DNA from: Octopus bimaculoides
Taxonomy: Eukaryota
Assembly (NCBI RefSeq): GCF_001194135.2
Contig: NC_068993.1
Location: 23,594,655-23,658,654, forward strand
Length of the DNA stretch: 64,000 nt
Direction: 5' to 3'
Shown: in pieces, positions 10,750 to 22,734 of the stretch
Position numbering within the stretch: position 1 is the stretch's first letter
Layout: every line of letters starts with the position of its first letter
Position numbers and translations under genes: made by a program
Notes under the pieces: generated by a model
Databases searched by the model: none
What the model was told of the DNA's origin: nothing
Seen by the model: the letters and a program-made list of their open reading frames with translations, nothing else

Positions 10750-12830
10750 GATATCATTCGACCCGGCCTCATGACTCTCCCAGAAGAGAACGATAATTTA
10801 TAAGTGCATTATTCGCAGAGAGAGAAAGCCGCTATACCCTTCCTCAGCCGAAATAGAGAAATGGGATTTTGTTCAAAACGGGGGCACCAGTATTTTCTTA
10901 ACGAAACACTTTGAAACTTGGGACACTGGTAGAATGTGTCATATAAAACATCTTTTTCTCTTAGTCTTCTTAATAAAAAAAACGTACATCGCAAGTTATT
11001 TCATGTTAAAGTTATCGTATTTCTGTAATTTCAATCGATGACTGACGTCCATTCAGCCGAATACATTAAGTGCTGACTACGTAAACAAACGATTCTCAAA
11101 CGATTCTGGCGGTGATAAAATTATTATTTCCTTGTCAAAAAATGGCTGAAGCATATTGGCAGTAGGGTTAGGGTTAGGGTTAGGGTTAGGCAGTAGCTAA
11201 TAAACCTTTCATACAGTTCAGGCAGATGTTAACGACGAAATAAACACGCGTGAAAGAAAATGAAAACAGCAAATGTTGTACACATACAGTTCAGGCAGAT
11301 GTTAACGAAATTATAAATGGAGATTAAATACGCTTTACACCGCTTAAACTGCCAAAGGAGTAAGTATAAACAGCTGAATACTTCTCAGTGATTGGTTGAA
11401 ATTATCGAAATAAGACAATTTTTTACATGAAATAATTCGAATACAAATTTTTTTTTTGTTCTATAACACAAAATAGATAAGTATACGAAGTTTGAAAGTC
11501 TTTCGGTACCAAAAAACACTACATAAAACATTAATGAAAACTGATGCCCCCGTTTTGAACAAGATCCGAGAAATGCAAGGAGGAGATGTGGACTTCTGTA
11601 ATTTATGTCTACTGAGGAAAACAATTTTGGGACCGTGGTAGCTATCAGTAGCAACGAAGAAAAAGCGCATAGGATGGCTACAATGAGCTACTCCCCTGCC
11701 TACGACGTGATGCTTCCTTTATACATGGGACGCCGGGTGATCAAAGTCAGGGTCTCAGACGCACCTCCTCATAGGGACCAGGTCAGAGTAATTGCCATGC
11801 CAGAGGAGTACGGTGATATATAAACTTACGATCAAGCCCCTAAGAAACAGAACTGGAGTGTCCATACAGTTCTGGCTTTTCCGGAAGATGTTCATGCTAT
11901 TCCGGACTTATTCTGCTTCAGAGAGTGCGATCAGATGCGGGTAGTCGTGGAGTGTAGGAAACTCAGGTGTCACACCTCTGGCAAAACCGGTCATTTAAAA
12001 GCTTTCTGCCCCGCTGTGAGTCGACAGAGGTGCCTCATGCTGATCTCTATACCTAACACCAAATCCGTTAAAATGCCAAAGAGGAAAGCAGCGGCAACCA
12101 CAACGCTAAACACTGAAAAAGAGAGCCAATGCGGCCATAAGAAACCCTAGCGACTCTTTGGATATAGAAGGGACCTCAGATGAGGCAAAAACACCAGAGT
12201 GGATGATCACCGAGCGACTCTCAAAAAGAAAAAAAATGCGAGAGAAAATATAGACGTAACTTCTAAATCCCAAAATTTTGTGGGCATGAGTCAGAGTAGC
12301 TTCGCGGCAGCCAATCTCGAAAACGCTGCAACCAATCTCGAAACCAAAGTTGCAAGGCAACAAACTGATTAGGAGTAACACCAGGCGGAGTAGCAGCTGC
12401 GGCAGAAGCTAAAATACAACAACAACAAGTGTTACATGAACTATAACAACATCAAGGAATGAAACAGCATTCTCAGCAACCGCGAGAGCCTCAACAAGAT
12501 ATGCAACAGGGAAAACCAAAACAGAAAGAACCAAATCGACAATGATCTCCTTAACCTCAAGAGACGGAACTTGCTGAACAATATGTTTCGGACGAGCCTC
12601 TGAATTACACAGTTCTACGGAAGGACAACAGACAATTAATGGAATTTGTAGACAAAAACAAAGATAAAATTTTGACAACTGGCAAGGGTCTTGATGCTCT
12701 CACCATTGTCAAAACACCAGAGAGGAGGGTTCTGAAAGAGAACGACTCCCACAATGTGTCGTTTCTGAGGAAACGTTTCCCACGTGATATGGGGGTTTTC
12801 AAAAACCTATTGGAAGCCCGTTGAAAAGCC
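10750..12830 (+). mobile_element. Degenerate LINE ORF1 (L1/Tx1-like, zinc knuckle), split by a MITE
   Basis: Joining across the MITE gives RTIIYKCIIRRERKPLYPSSAEIEKC|KEEMWTSV, then FGTVVAISSNEEKAHRMAT and MRVVVECRKLRCHTSGKTGHLKAFCP (degenerate CX2CX4HX4C), then a low-complexity basic region. Confidence 0.55.
10864..11567. mobile_element. 704-bp foldback MITE with ~200-bp imperfect TIRs, 8-bp TSD and a central telomeric (TTAGGG)n array
   Basis: GGATTTTGTTCAAAACGGGGGCACCAGT (10864-91) versus reverse complement of 11540-67 (2 mismatches); inner arms 11018-59/11371-412; GAGAAATG at both 10856-63 and 11568-75. Confidence 0.9.
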
Positions 12831-13169
12831 CCGAAAATGTATCAACCCAAAACAAGGGTAAGTGATTGACGCTTCTTTTGTTTCTTTCTCTCCTCCTGGA
12901 ATGGTAATTGAAGAATGGAAACCATGAGTTGACTGGCGATGACATGTATATAGGAATATATGTTGTTTGTGGAGCTAGTCCTCAATGTATGAACTTAAAT
13001 ATAGGTTACAAAATACACCTCATTTTGGCTCAATAAATTTAGGGGAATGCAGGTAAGAGAAGTCTGTAAGCACCATGGTTCAAACAAGTAGTTTGAAAAT
13101 AAATGTTCCATACTAGAGATTATTGATAAATTCAACTCCTAGGTGAATAGCAAAAAAGCTTTCCAGTCA

Positions 13170-13330
13170 TAGTTAAAACACTATTGCTTTGTTGATATCT
13201 TAGAAAATATATTCAATGAAAACCATGACTATGTGTGGTATGATTACTCATAAGCATTAGACACGCTTTCACAAAACAAATTTTTACTCAAAATAGAAGT
13301 GAATATGAGGTAATAAAGTAGGGGATTATC
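13170..13330 (+). pseudogene. CR1/L2-type reverse transcriptase fragment
   Basis: DYVWYDYS*ALDTLSQNKFLLKIE resembles D.iY.DFsKAFDtV.H.kLl.Kl. Confidence 0.45.
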
Positions 13331-14378
13331 TATGAATTTTTACACCTCACCTGAGGTAAGCGAAAAGTGTGAAGTGAGCTGGCATTTTCGCATAAGGCGT
13401 TTCTTAGAATAAAATTCTAAAATATCAATACACTTCTTCATTAATACTGAAAAATCGTTCGGTCTATATTCCTTTATATTTCTATTCAAAATACATTACA
13501 CATCGAACCATATAAAGTTTTTATAAATATATGATTTTAGGCACACATAAATATGCTCGTGTTCAAACGCACAGACACACACATATATATATATGTATGC
13601 ATGTATATATATATGTGTGTGTGTGTGCGTGTGTGTGCCTGTGTGAGTATGCGCATGTATATACAGACACATACACACACACACACACACATATATATAC
13701 TTGTATGCGTGCGTGTGTGGTGTGTGTGTGTGTGTGTGTGGCGTGTGTGTGTATGTGTGTGTGCGCGCGCGCGTGTAGTAATGGGCAAGTTATTAAATAG
13801 ACAAAAACTAAAAGAGCAGATTAATATATATATATCTTTCGGAATAACGCCGTATGTATGAGTGTGCGGGTGTGGATACTTGCATGTTTGTACATATACA
13901 GGAAAGTAGGTATAGATACAGGCAGGTATGTATAGGTGAGCGTGTATGTACATATGTACATGTGGAGGTTTCTGTGTGGGTGTTTGCGTGTGTATGTGTA
14001 TGGGTGCATGTGGGTGTGTGGGTATGTACACATGGGTGTGCGCATATGTATGTGTGTATGTGCGTACACGCACATGTTTGTTAATGGGTGTCTGCACGCT
14101 AGCAGACACATATGTAAACACTCACTTTAATTATCTCCCCTCACCTACCCGAATAACTCCTTGACCACAACCTTTAGCTTCACATCAATAACACCCTCCC
14201 TTTGTATTACTATGTAAACTAGCGTTGTTATGCCTAAAGCCCGTGGAATAGTATCGGTGACCCCGTCATAACTCTATGTAAACAAACCTTCTAACGGTCA
14301 CTGACCATGTAACATCTCATCTCGTAAGTTACCCCATCATTTCGTTTTTGTCTTGCTACTAAATATTTTATTATGGTC

Positions 14379-14467
14379 TCTCTGATGAGAGACAAGTGAT
14401 AATTCCAGCTACCCTTTCCTTTTTTTGTGAAATGGCCCTCACTTGCTTCGAAACATATATGTAGGAA
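14379..14467 (+). ncRNA. Type I hammerhead ribozyme (family B, 5' repeat)
   Basis: TCT-CTGATGA(14382-88)-GAGACAAGTGA/TCACTTGCTTC-GAAAC(14450-54)-ATATAT-GTA(14461-63)-GGA; palindromic helix III ACATATATGT. Confidence 0.8.
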
Positions 14468-14736
14468 TTAAAAGAACTTTCATCGACATGCGGTTCGCTC
14501 CATTTGTTGTTATTATCCATATATTCTCAAAATGTATCACGTTAACTAGGTATATCAACCTGTAAAACGGCTGGGATATCTTGTTTTTTAGTGTAATTTT
14601 GCTACCCCTGGTAACTATTAATGTATTCAAATTATCGAAAGTTTCAATAACTGAGATAATATTAATATACATAAAATAATATATAATACATTGCTACAGT
14701 TTTCACTAAAGCCTGCTAATTTAATGGTTACCTATC

Positions 14737-15768
14737 ATGGAACTTTTCGACATAAACGCATCACTAAAGGATATTCCAATACCACCAAGAAATACTTACA
14801 TAAAACTCATCATTAGCAACACTAACTCTTTCCTAAACAGAATTAGATGGAAAACCTATTTCCATGATACTAAGGACATGCCTAATAACAAAAAGGATTT
14901 TAATTTAAACTTCAAGAGTCTTTTCAAATCGAAGAATTCTCCCCCGTCTAACCCAAAGTTGGATAAATTTGAAGAGGACATTTGGTCTATAGTAAGGAAT
15001 ATTAAGTTTCATCGCTCTACTCTCAGGAACAGTCATCTTAGGTACCTCCACAATATTACCAAGAAAATCAATCGAACAAAAGGATTACTAGTCCAGTCGG
15101 ACAAAACGGGAAATTTATATAAACTGTCTAAGGATAAATATATGGAACTACTGAAGAAAGAGATAGAAAAAACTACAAGACTACCAACAGCAATATTCTA
15201 CGAGAAGCTAACTTGGATGCTAAAGAAATTATGTTAAAATACAATCTGCAGGATAGGACTGAACCTATGGTCCCTAAACAACCCCGGTTTGTTCTTAAGG
15301 ACAATAAGTTGAATTTTTGGTCTAATCCGTCTCTACGTCTCATTTGTCCCTCTAGGTCTGACTTAGGCATTCTTAGCAAAAACATTCTGGACAAGTATAT
15401 GCCCACTATAATCAACAAGTTAAAGCTGAACCTTTGGTCTAACTCTTCTCAGATTATAGACTGGTTTAACTCAATGAAGGATAAGGATAATGCCAAATTC
15501 TTACAGTTTGGCATTTCTAGCTTCTACTCCTCTATTAACCCTAGTGTCCTTAACAAAGCGCTTTGGTTTGTACACAATAAAGCAGGTCTTTCTAGGGAAG
15601 AAATTAACGTAATTCTAGCGGCCCGTAAATCTATCATTACATTTAACAACAAACTCTGGATACGTAAGGACACTCCGGAGGCTTTTGATGTTCCTATGGG
15701 TAGTTCGGACTCAGCTCAAATAGCCGATATGGTCTGTTCGTATATATTATACGAAATGGCAGACCAGT
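14737..15768 (+). pseudogene. PLE reverse transcriptase, frameshifted and 3'-truncated
   Basis: SLKDIPIP..FLNRIRWK, SDKTGNLY, RLICPSRSDLGILSK, QFGISSFYSSI (motif A Asp replaced by Gly), FDVPMGSSDSAQIAD; frameshift near 15170-15215; stops before the YxDD motif. Confidence 0.85.
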
Positions 15769-16138
15769 TCGTTATGCCTCGAACTGCTTCATATGTGAAA
15801 CAACATAGCATTAAAACTGTGTTTTGTGTATCACTGTCCTATTTACTGATTTTGGATTAGATGCTTTAAAGGTTCCGTGGAACATTGTGGTATGCAACCA
15901 ATTGAGACACGTGGTGTTGAATTGATATTTTTCCCTTTTTTTATTTCTTCCTTCCTTGGATTTTTTTGGGATCTTTTCTGTTTGGCTGCACTTTCTGAAA
16001 TTTTGAAATCAAGACAAATTTTCAATTTTGCTGTATTGATGTGATTTTTCATGCTGAATCTCAGAACCTAATTTACTTGTTCCAGAATTTTTTGACATTT
16101 ATTTTTACCTAGTCAGAAAACAGGATATGGAAGTTGTC
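15769..16138 (+). repeat. Dispersed AT-rich repeat X lying inside PLE family B
   Basis: Aligns with 29627-30055 from TCGTTATGCCTCGAACTGCTT to GATATGGAAGTTGTC. Confidence 0.85.
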
Positions 16139-16193
16139 GTAAGTTACCCCATCATTTCGTTTTTGTCTTGCTACTAAATGTTTTATTATGTTC

Positions 16194-16282
16194 TCCCTGA
16201 TGAGAAACAAGTGATAATTCCAGCTACCCTTTCCTTTTTTTGTGAAATGGCCCTCACTTGCTTCGAAACATATATGTAGGAA
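16194..16282 (+). ncRNA. Type I hammerhead ribozyme (family B, 3' repeat)
   Basis: TCC-CTGATGA(16197-203)-GAAACAAGTGA/TCACTTGCTTC (10 of 11 pairs)-GAAAC(16265-69)-ATATAT-GTA(16276-78)-GGA; all core nucleotides intact. Confidence 0.85.
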
Positions 16283-16342
16283 TTAAAGGAACTTTCATCG
16301 ACATGCGTTTCGCTCCATTTGTTGGTATTATCTATCTATATA

Positions 16343-16376
<34 letters not shown>

Positions 16377-17345
16377 CGTATATAACGATAACCGTCACCC
16401 TTTCAAAGACTAGCCAGGCTCATGGGCCCGGTTTCCCGGTTTCTATGGCGTATGTATTAATCGAAGCTAGTACCCGTTCTTATAAGCCAGGTACTTATTC
16501 CAGTTTCTCCATTGCCGTACCCTTAATTTATGTTTACATAAATTAACCAAAAAAAGTTATACTTTATGTTGTACTTTATCTGTTTCTTTCGTTTCTGACC
16601 TCCTGAGTGCGAGCAGATATCTCTCTTATACTCGTTGGTTTTTAACGTTCATTGCAACAACTGGCACTTTGGCAATCACTAGAGGAGAAAATATAAGGAA
16701 TTTTGTATAAATTTGAATTTGTTTTACTGTACTTAATTTGTATATGGATTCTATCACCTATAGCCAAATTTTCTGTGTAGCTAAATTATTCTTGTGTATT
16801 ACAATATATGTTTTCAGAATTTTTATCAAACGAAAACAATCCATTTACCAAGTAATTTTATTGTTCATGTGATGTTCTAGCATTTTTTTATATAAATGCT
16901 TGACCTAAAAATTGCATATTATTTTAAGAAAATCTCCGAAAGACAAATATGAATATCTCTTGTAACTAAGAATTACATTATGAATATCTGTGACATATTT
17001 ACGATGCAATTTTCTGCCTCGTTGATTTTGTTTTTACATTCGGATCATTAGGTAGAGAGCTTCTTCTTTATGTTTAACTAGCGAATACTTGAAGAGATTT
17101 GTGTAAGTGGCTAAACATTCTTGTTTTCATTTTGAATTCTTTCAGCCAAGAAATATAGTTAAATAGTATATAGTTCAAGTAAAAGAAGACTTTTTTTTTT
17201 TTTTACTGTTTGTGACAGATGGCAATTTTCCCAGTAGTGAAATAAATCTTTCTGCTCTTGTATTTGATGGCACCTTGTCAAAGTTTACTTTGAGCGACAT
17301 ATTTTTTTAACATCTATCAAAATTACAAGTAATAAGAACAACAAT

Positions 17346-17348
17346 AAT

Positions 17349-17402
<54 letters not shown>

Positions 17403-17431
17403 AGAAGTATAATAATAATATTAGTAATAAT

Positions 17432-17480
<49 letters not shown>
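17346..17480 (+). repeat. (AAT)n microsatellite array
   Basis: Direct inspection; other (AAT)n arrays at 61-118, 8800-8851, 19872-19948, 20798-20833 and 21382-21430. Confidence 0.95.
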
Positions 17481-17483
<3 letters not shown>

Positions 17484-18912
17484 GAAATTTTGCTTAGAAA
17501 AATGTGCCAAAGCAACCTTAAAAAGAGGAGAACTAGTCAACAGTAACAACATCACGCTAGAAAAAAAATGAAATAAGAGAATTAGACCAACGCCAGACAT
17601 ACAAATACTTAGGAACCAATGAACTAGATACGATACAACACGCAAATGAGAGAGAAAATAAAAAAATGAATACTATGGACGAGTTAAATTGATACTGAAA
17701 ACAGATCTCAATGCGACACACAAGATAATAGGTATCAACATTCTAGCCCTCCCAGTTATAAGTTACAGCTACAATATCCTTAACTGGACACTAAATGAAC
17801 TAACCAAGATAGACAGGAAACAAGAAAGATAATGACAGGATTTAGGATGCACCATCCAAAATCTGACATTGTACGGTTATATATACAACATATATGTGTT
17901 AGAGGCCTTATTCAGCTAGAAAACTATTACAAAATAACCACCGTAGGACTACAAAATTACCTACTTCAGAAGCAAGGAGAACTAATACAAATAGCCACAA
18001 AACATGAAGAAACAAAAATCTGAAGAAACAAAAAACCTGAAGAAACAAAAAGCTGAAGAAACAACAAAAGCTATAAAACAGCTGAAATCCAAACAAAACT
18101 GGAACACAAATACTGGGTTAAACTAAACGCAGAAGAAATAGACCAAGCAATATCCCAACAATAGCTTAGAAGCTGAGGACACAATGCAGAGACTGAAAGA
18201 TTTTTATTTGCAGCCCACAATCAAAGCCTCCCCACCAGAAATTACCGAAAGCACATAATGAAAAGAAACATAACCAGTAACTCTAGAATATATGGGGATG
18301 GACAAGAAACAATAAACTATGTTGTCTCTGGCTGCCCAGTCCTAGATAAGAAGGACTATATTCACAGACATAAAAGAGTTGGGACCTATATACAATGGAA
18401 CGTATGCCAACGCTATGGAATAACAACAGAAAAAAAGATGGTATAAACACGCCAGAAAAGGTCACAGAAAATGAGAAAACAATCATACTATGGGATATGC
18501 CAATACACATAGATAGAGAAATTAAGGCTAATAGGCCAGATATTCTCGGAGATCATCAAGAAACCAATGCTTTCTAATTGATGTATCAATACCAGCAGAT
18601 GGCAACGTTTCCCGAAAAGAAATGGAGAAACTTTCAAAATGCAAAGACCTGGAAATAGAGGTAACTCGAATGTGGAATCTAAAAACAAATTCCTATCATA
18701 ATAGGAGCATTAGGCATGATAAAAAAAATATTCAAACAAATACATAGCAACCACATCAGGGCAAACAAATATATATAACACAGGAAATAGCACTACTAGG
18801 CACCGCACACAGTAACGATACGAGCATCACAGCAAACCACAGCACATACCCAAGGCACACAGAGCTGCGTTCAGTAGTGTAGTGAGAGCACGTGATAAAA
18901 ATAAGATTACTG
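17480..18912 (+). mobile_element. 5'-truncated R4/Dong-type LINE, family C (older, degenerate copy)
   Basis: MHHPKSDIVRLYI..RGLIQLE, ETINYVVSGCPVL..DYIHRHKRV, ILWDMPIHIDREIKANRPDI; 3' UTR ends ATTACTGAAT-(AAT); preceded by a long (AAT)n array. Confidence 0.85.
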
Positions 18913-19025
18913 AATGATAATAAGAATAATGATGATGATGACGTTAGTAGTAGTAGTAGTAGTAGTAGCAGTAGTAGTAGTGATGGTGGTGGTGGTGGTG
19001 GTGGTTTGGTGGCTTGTTGTTGGTA

Positions 19026-19089
<64 letters not shown>

Positions 19090-19091
<2 letters not shown>

Positions 19092-19655
19092 AATGTTCTG
19101 ATGCGATACCAGGCAATGGCTCTCATGACTACTAATCTTAACTGATTGGAAGTGTTATCATGTACATTGCTTTGTCTTGCTATAAAAGATGCGCTACATC
19201 AAACATAATGCTCAATACCACAGATCTGCTTTTCAGTTGTTTGACCTTAACCAGTTGAGCATGTCCCTTCGTTACTGACGATATGTGCATCTCTGATCAC
19301 GAGCAGTAGTAGTGGGGGAGCATCACAGCCATGTATTGATAGGAATTCTCTGTTGTTTGACTAATTCACCTCTGGAAATATGTGTATTTCGTACATCATC
19401 CTTAGACAAACCTTATTCTGGGACCTTTTGAGCAGAATGGGCTACTCAACATGAAGACAATTCTAACTGGGCTTCACCTGCAATTCATGCACTGTTTATC
19501 TTCATATAAAATCGCTATAGCGCTCACATATGGTTGTGATGCATGTGCCTGGTGTACCCCTATCAGACGAGTAGTCATGATGGGTATATCTGGGCTTCGT
19601 ATAATTGTACCTTAGTGTTACTTTGACAGCATGCGCTGCTCTCGCACTCAGTAAT
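19090..19655 (+). repeat. Unassigned repeat-like segment between microsatellite arrays, possibly a LINE 3' UTR or non-autonomous element
   Basis: Non-coding, bounded by (TAG)n upstream and ending CTCGCACTCAGTAATAAT like neighbouring Dong 3' ends; family recognition is from memory only. Confidence 0.35.
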
Positions 19656-19674
19656 AATAGTAATAATAATGATC

Positions 19675-19870
19675 CTTTCTATTATAGGCACAAGGCTTGA
19701 AATTTGCGGGAGTGGGATAATCGATTACCAGTTTCACTGGTACTCAATTTATCGACCACGAAAGGATGAAAGGCAATGTCGACCTCGGTGGAATTTGAAA
19801 TCAGAACGTAGCGACAGACGAAATAGCGCTAAGCATTTCGTCCAGCATGTAAGCGATTCTGTCAGCTCAC

Positions 19871-19872
<2 letters not shown>
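19675..19872 (-). mobile_element. tRNA-derived SINE, family 2
   Basis: Minus strand GAGCTGACAGAATCGCTTAC...GTTCTGATTTCAAATTCC..GAGGTCGAC..TCCTTTCGTGGTCGATAAATTGAGTACCAG; homologous to 22735, 31715, 32470, 33826 and 38651. Confidence 0.8.
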
Positions 19873-19948
<76 letters not shown>

Positions 19949-19949
19949 T

Positions 19950-20580
19950 CAGGCCAACATATTAAAGAACGGCAGCTCCCCATTATGTCGTTTATGCCAA
20001 CAATAAAATGAGACCATCGATCATGTTGTCTCCATGTGCAGTCTGCTTGCGCCTACAGAGTATCTCAACAGGCATGATAGAGCTGCACAATATATTCACT
20101 GGGTAATATGCAAAAACCTGGACTTGCCCCATGATAAAAACTGGTGGGAACACGAACCACCCCCAGTAGAACACGAACCACCCCCAGTACTTAAAAATGA
20201 TCACATTGCACTCCTCTGGAACTTCACCATTCAAACTGACAGAAAGATAGACGCAAATAGGCCAGACATCATACTGAAAGACTTCAGACAAAAATCATGC
20301 CTCCTCATTGATATGACTGTCCCAATCGATATAAACATATCTGTCAAGACCTACCAAAAACTGAGCAAATATAAAGATCTTGAAATAGAAATTAGCAAAA
20401 TGTGGAATCGAAAGAGGAAAACAATACCTATTGTCATAGGTGCCTTGGGAATGACAGCGAAACGGGCTGATTACTACCTAGCTCAGATACCAGGAAACCC
20501 CAAAATGGCTGAAGTTCAAAAGATAGTGCTCATGGGAACTGCCCATATCCTACGTAAAATACTGTCTATGTGATCTCAAA
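19950..20580 (+). mobile_element. 5'-truncated R4/Dong-type LINE family B with an open C-terminal restriction-like endonuclease frame (20034-20573)
   Basis: YLNRHDRAAQYIHW, NRPDIILKD..LLIDMTVP..KLSKYKDLEIE (PD-D-K), IPIVIGALG, GTAHILRKILSM*; in-frame 21-bp duplication EHEPPPV x2 at 20148-20189. Confidence 0.9.
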
Positions 20581-20833
20581 TTNNNNNNNNNNNNNNNNNN
20601 NNNNNNNNNNNNNNNNNNNNNNNNNNNNNNNNNNNNNNNNNNNNNNNNNNNNNNNNNNNNNNNNNNNNNNNNNNNNNNNNNNNNNNNNNNNNNNNNNNNN
20701 NNNNNNNNNNNNNNNNNNNNNNNNNNNNNNNNNNNNNNNNNNNNNNNNNNNNNNNNNNNNNNNNNNNNNNNNNNNNNNNNNNNNNNNNNNNNNNNNNAAT
20801 AATAATAATAATAATAATAATGATAATAATAAT

Positions 20834-21381
20834 ATGCCAACACTATGGAATAACAACAGAAAAAAGATGGTATAAACACACGCCAGAAAAGGTCACAGAA
20901 AACGAGAAAACAACCATACTCTGGGATATGCCAATACACACAGATAGAGAAATTAAGGCAAATAGACCAGATATAGTTGTCAGAGATCATAAAGGAAAAA
21001 AATGCTTTCTAATTGATGTATCAATACCAGCAGATGACAACGTTTCTCTAAAAGAAATGGAAAAACTTTCAAAATACAAAGACCTGGAAATAGAGATAAC
21101 TCGAATGTGGAATCTAAAAACAGAAACATTTCCTATTATAGTAACTGCCTTCGGTATAATAAAAAAAATATTCAGACAAATATATAATAAAAACACCAGG
21201 ACTTACAAATATATATAACATTCAGAAAATTGCACTACTGGGCACTGCACACATCCTACGCAAAACACTTTCAATACAGTAACCATAAGAGCACCACAGC
21301 AAACCACAGCACATACCCAAGGGGCACAGAGCTGCGCTCGGTAGTGAAGTGAAAGCACGTTATAAAAATAAAGCTACTGAA
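20834..21381 (+). mobile_element. 5'-truncated R4/Dong-type LINE, family C
   Basis: ILWDMPIHTDREIKANRPDIVVRD..FLIDVSIPADD..KLSKYKDLEIE; ends CTACTGAAC then (AAT)n(AAG)n; starts directly after (AAT)n. Confidence 0.9.
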
Positions 21382-21382
21382 C

Positions 21383-21460
<78 letters not shown>

Positions 21461-21674
21461 AAGAAGAAGAAGAAGAAGAAGAAGAAGAAGAAGAAGAAGA
21501 AGAAGAAGAAGAAGAAGAACTGATATGATGTTTTATGAGACAGCTCGGCACAAAAAGTAAATGAAAGAATACGATTATCAAGTAGACGTGATAGAATATT
21601 TTGTGGATGCATATATACCGAAAAATGCGGAGAGATAAAATTAGTGTTATTATTAATTTTAAATTTCGATAATC

Positions 21675-21689
21675 AGTAGTAGTAGTAGT

Positions 21690-21776
<87 letters not shown>

Positions 21777-21803
21777 TGTTGTTGTAGTAGTAGTAGTAGT
21801 AGT
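21675..21803 (+). repeat. Compound (TAG)n/(CAG)n microsatellite
   Basis: Direct inspection. Confidence 0.95.
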
Positions 21804-22734
21804 TTAAAATGGTGAAATTGGAAAATATCACAAGGGTCCCTTGCATGAAAAAGCTTAGAGATAAGTGATGTCTAAAGCACTTATAACGGTGAGAAATATA
21901 TAAGTGCTAATCAAGTGAAATTATTTTGAAGATAATTTTCATTCTGCAGAAAATATAACAGCAATGACATTTGATGCCTTGAATCGTTTTAGTGTAATCT
22001 CTTACGCCAGAATTCTAAATAGCCTACTCTCTCAAATTTCTTTACCAAAATATAAAATCTCATTATCTTTCAGTGGCTGATTTACTTTGAAGAACATCAA
22101 TGTCTGGAGTTGTCCTTACTCCTAGTAATGATCATTAAACACTACTCAGTGTAATATTATTAAACTCACGCTTTGACTAAAGTTCAATAATTTTTCCCGT
22201 ACCCATTGTGAGAATGTTATTTAACAAGTGTTGTTTCATAGTTAAATTGCTCCCAGCTCACCAAAATTTTATGTATGTGTGTATGGCTGTGCGTGTATGT
22301 GTGTGTATGAGTGTGTGTGTGAGTGAGTGTGTGAGTGTGTGTGTGTGCGTGCGTGTGTGTGTGTGTATTTGTGACGCATAGCTTTTAACAATTAAATGAA
22401 ACTGAAGTGAATATTTTCTTTTCACCCAGTATAATGCAACGTTACAATTTTCTGTTAATGAAGTTTCATATTAAAACATATCTATTTGGTGAGTGATTTT
22501 TTTTTTCTTTGTAATCATTCAAAATAACGGTTCGCTAAATGACACGGCTTGACCAATGAGAGTGAAGACTATGGTAACGAACATTTCATACAAAATAAAG
22601 TTGTGGAATGGATGCTTTGTTTGACTTATGACTGAACAAAATTTGCAAATATTCACCATTATTTAATCTAATATTACATTCATTAGGCTGGCCCTGTGCC
22701 ACAATTTGAAATCAATAATATATTCACTAGAGTT

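Larger units (their letters stand above)
14322..16335 (+). mobile_element. Penelope-like element family B (Nematis-like, tentative) bounded by ~200-bp direct repeats that each carry a hammerhead
   Basis: Direct repeats 14322-14520 and 16137-16335 (TCGTAAGTTACCCCATCATTTCGTTTTTG...); internal PLE-type ORF relic. Confidence 0.85.

Noticed and set aside
18005-18064. Repeated CTGAAGA boxes
   Set aside because: A short tandem slippage repeat (TGAAGAAACAAAAA) inside a LINE coding region, with no stems.
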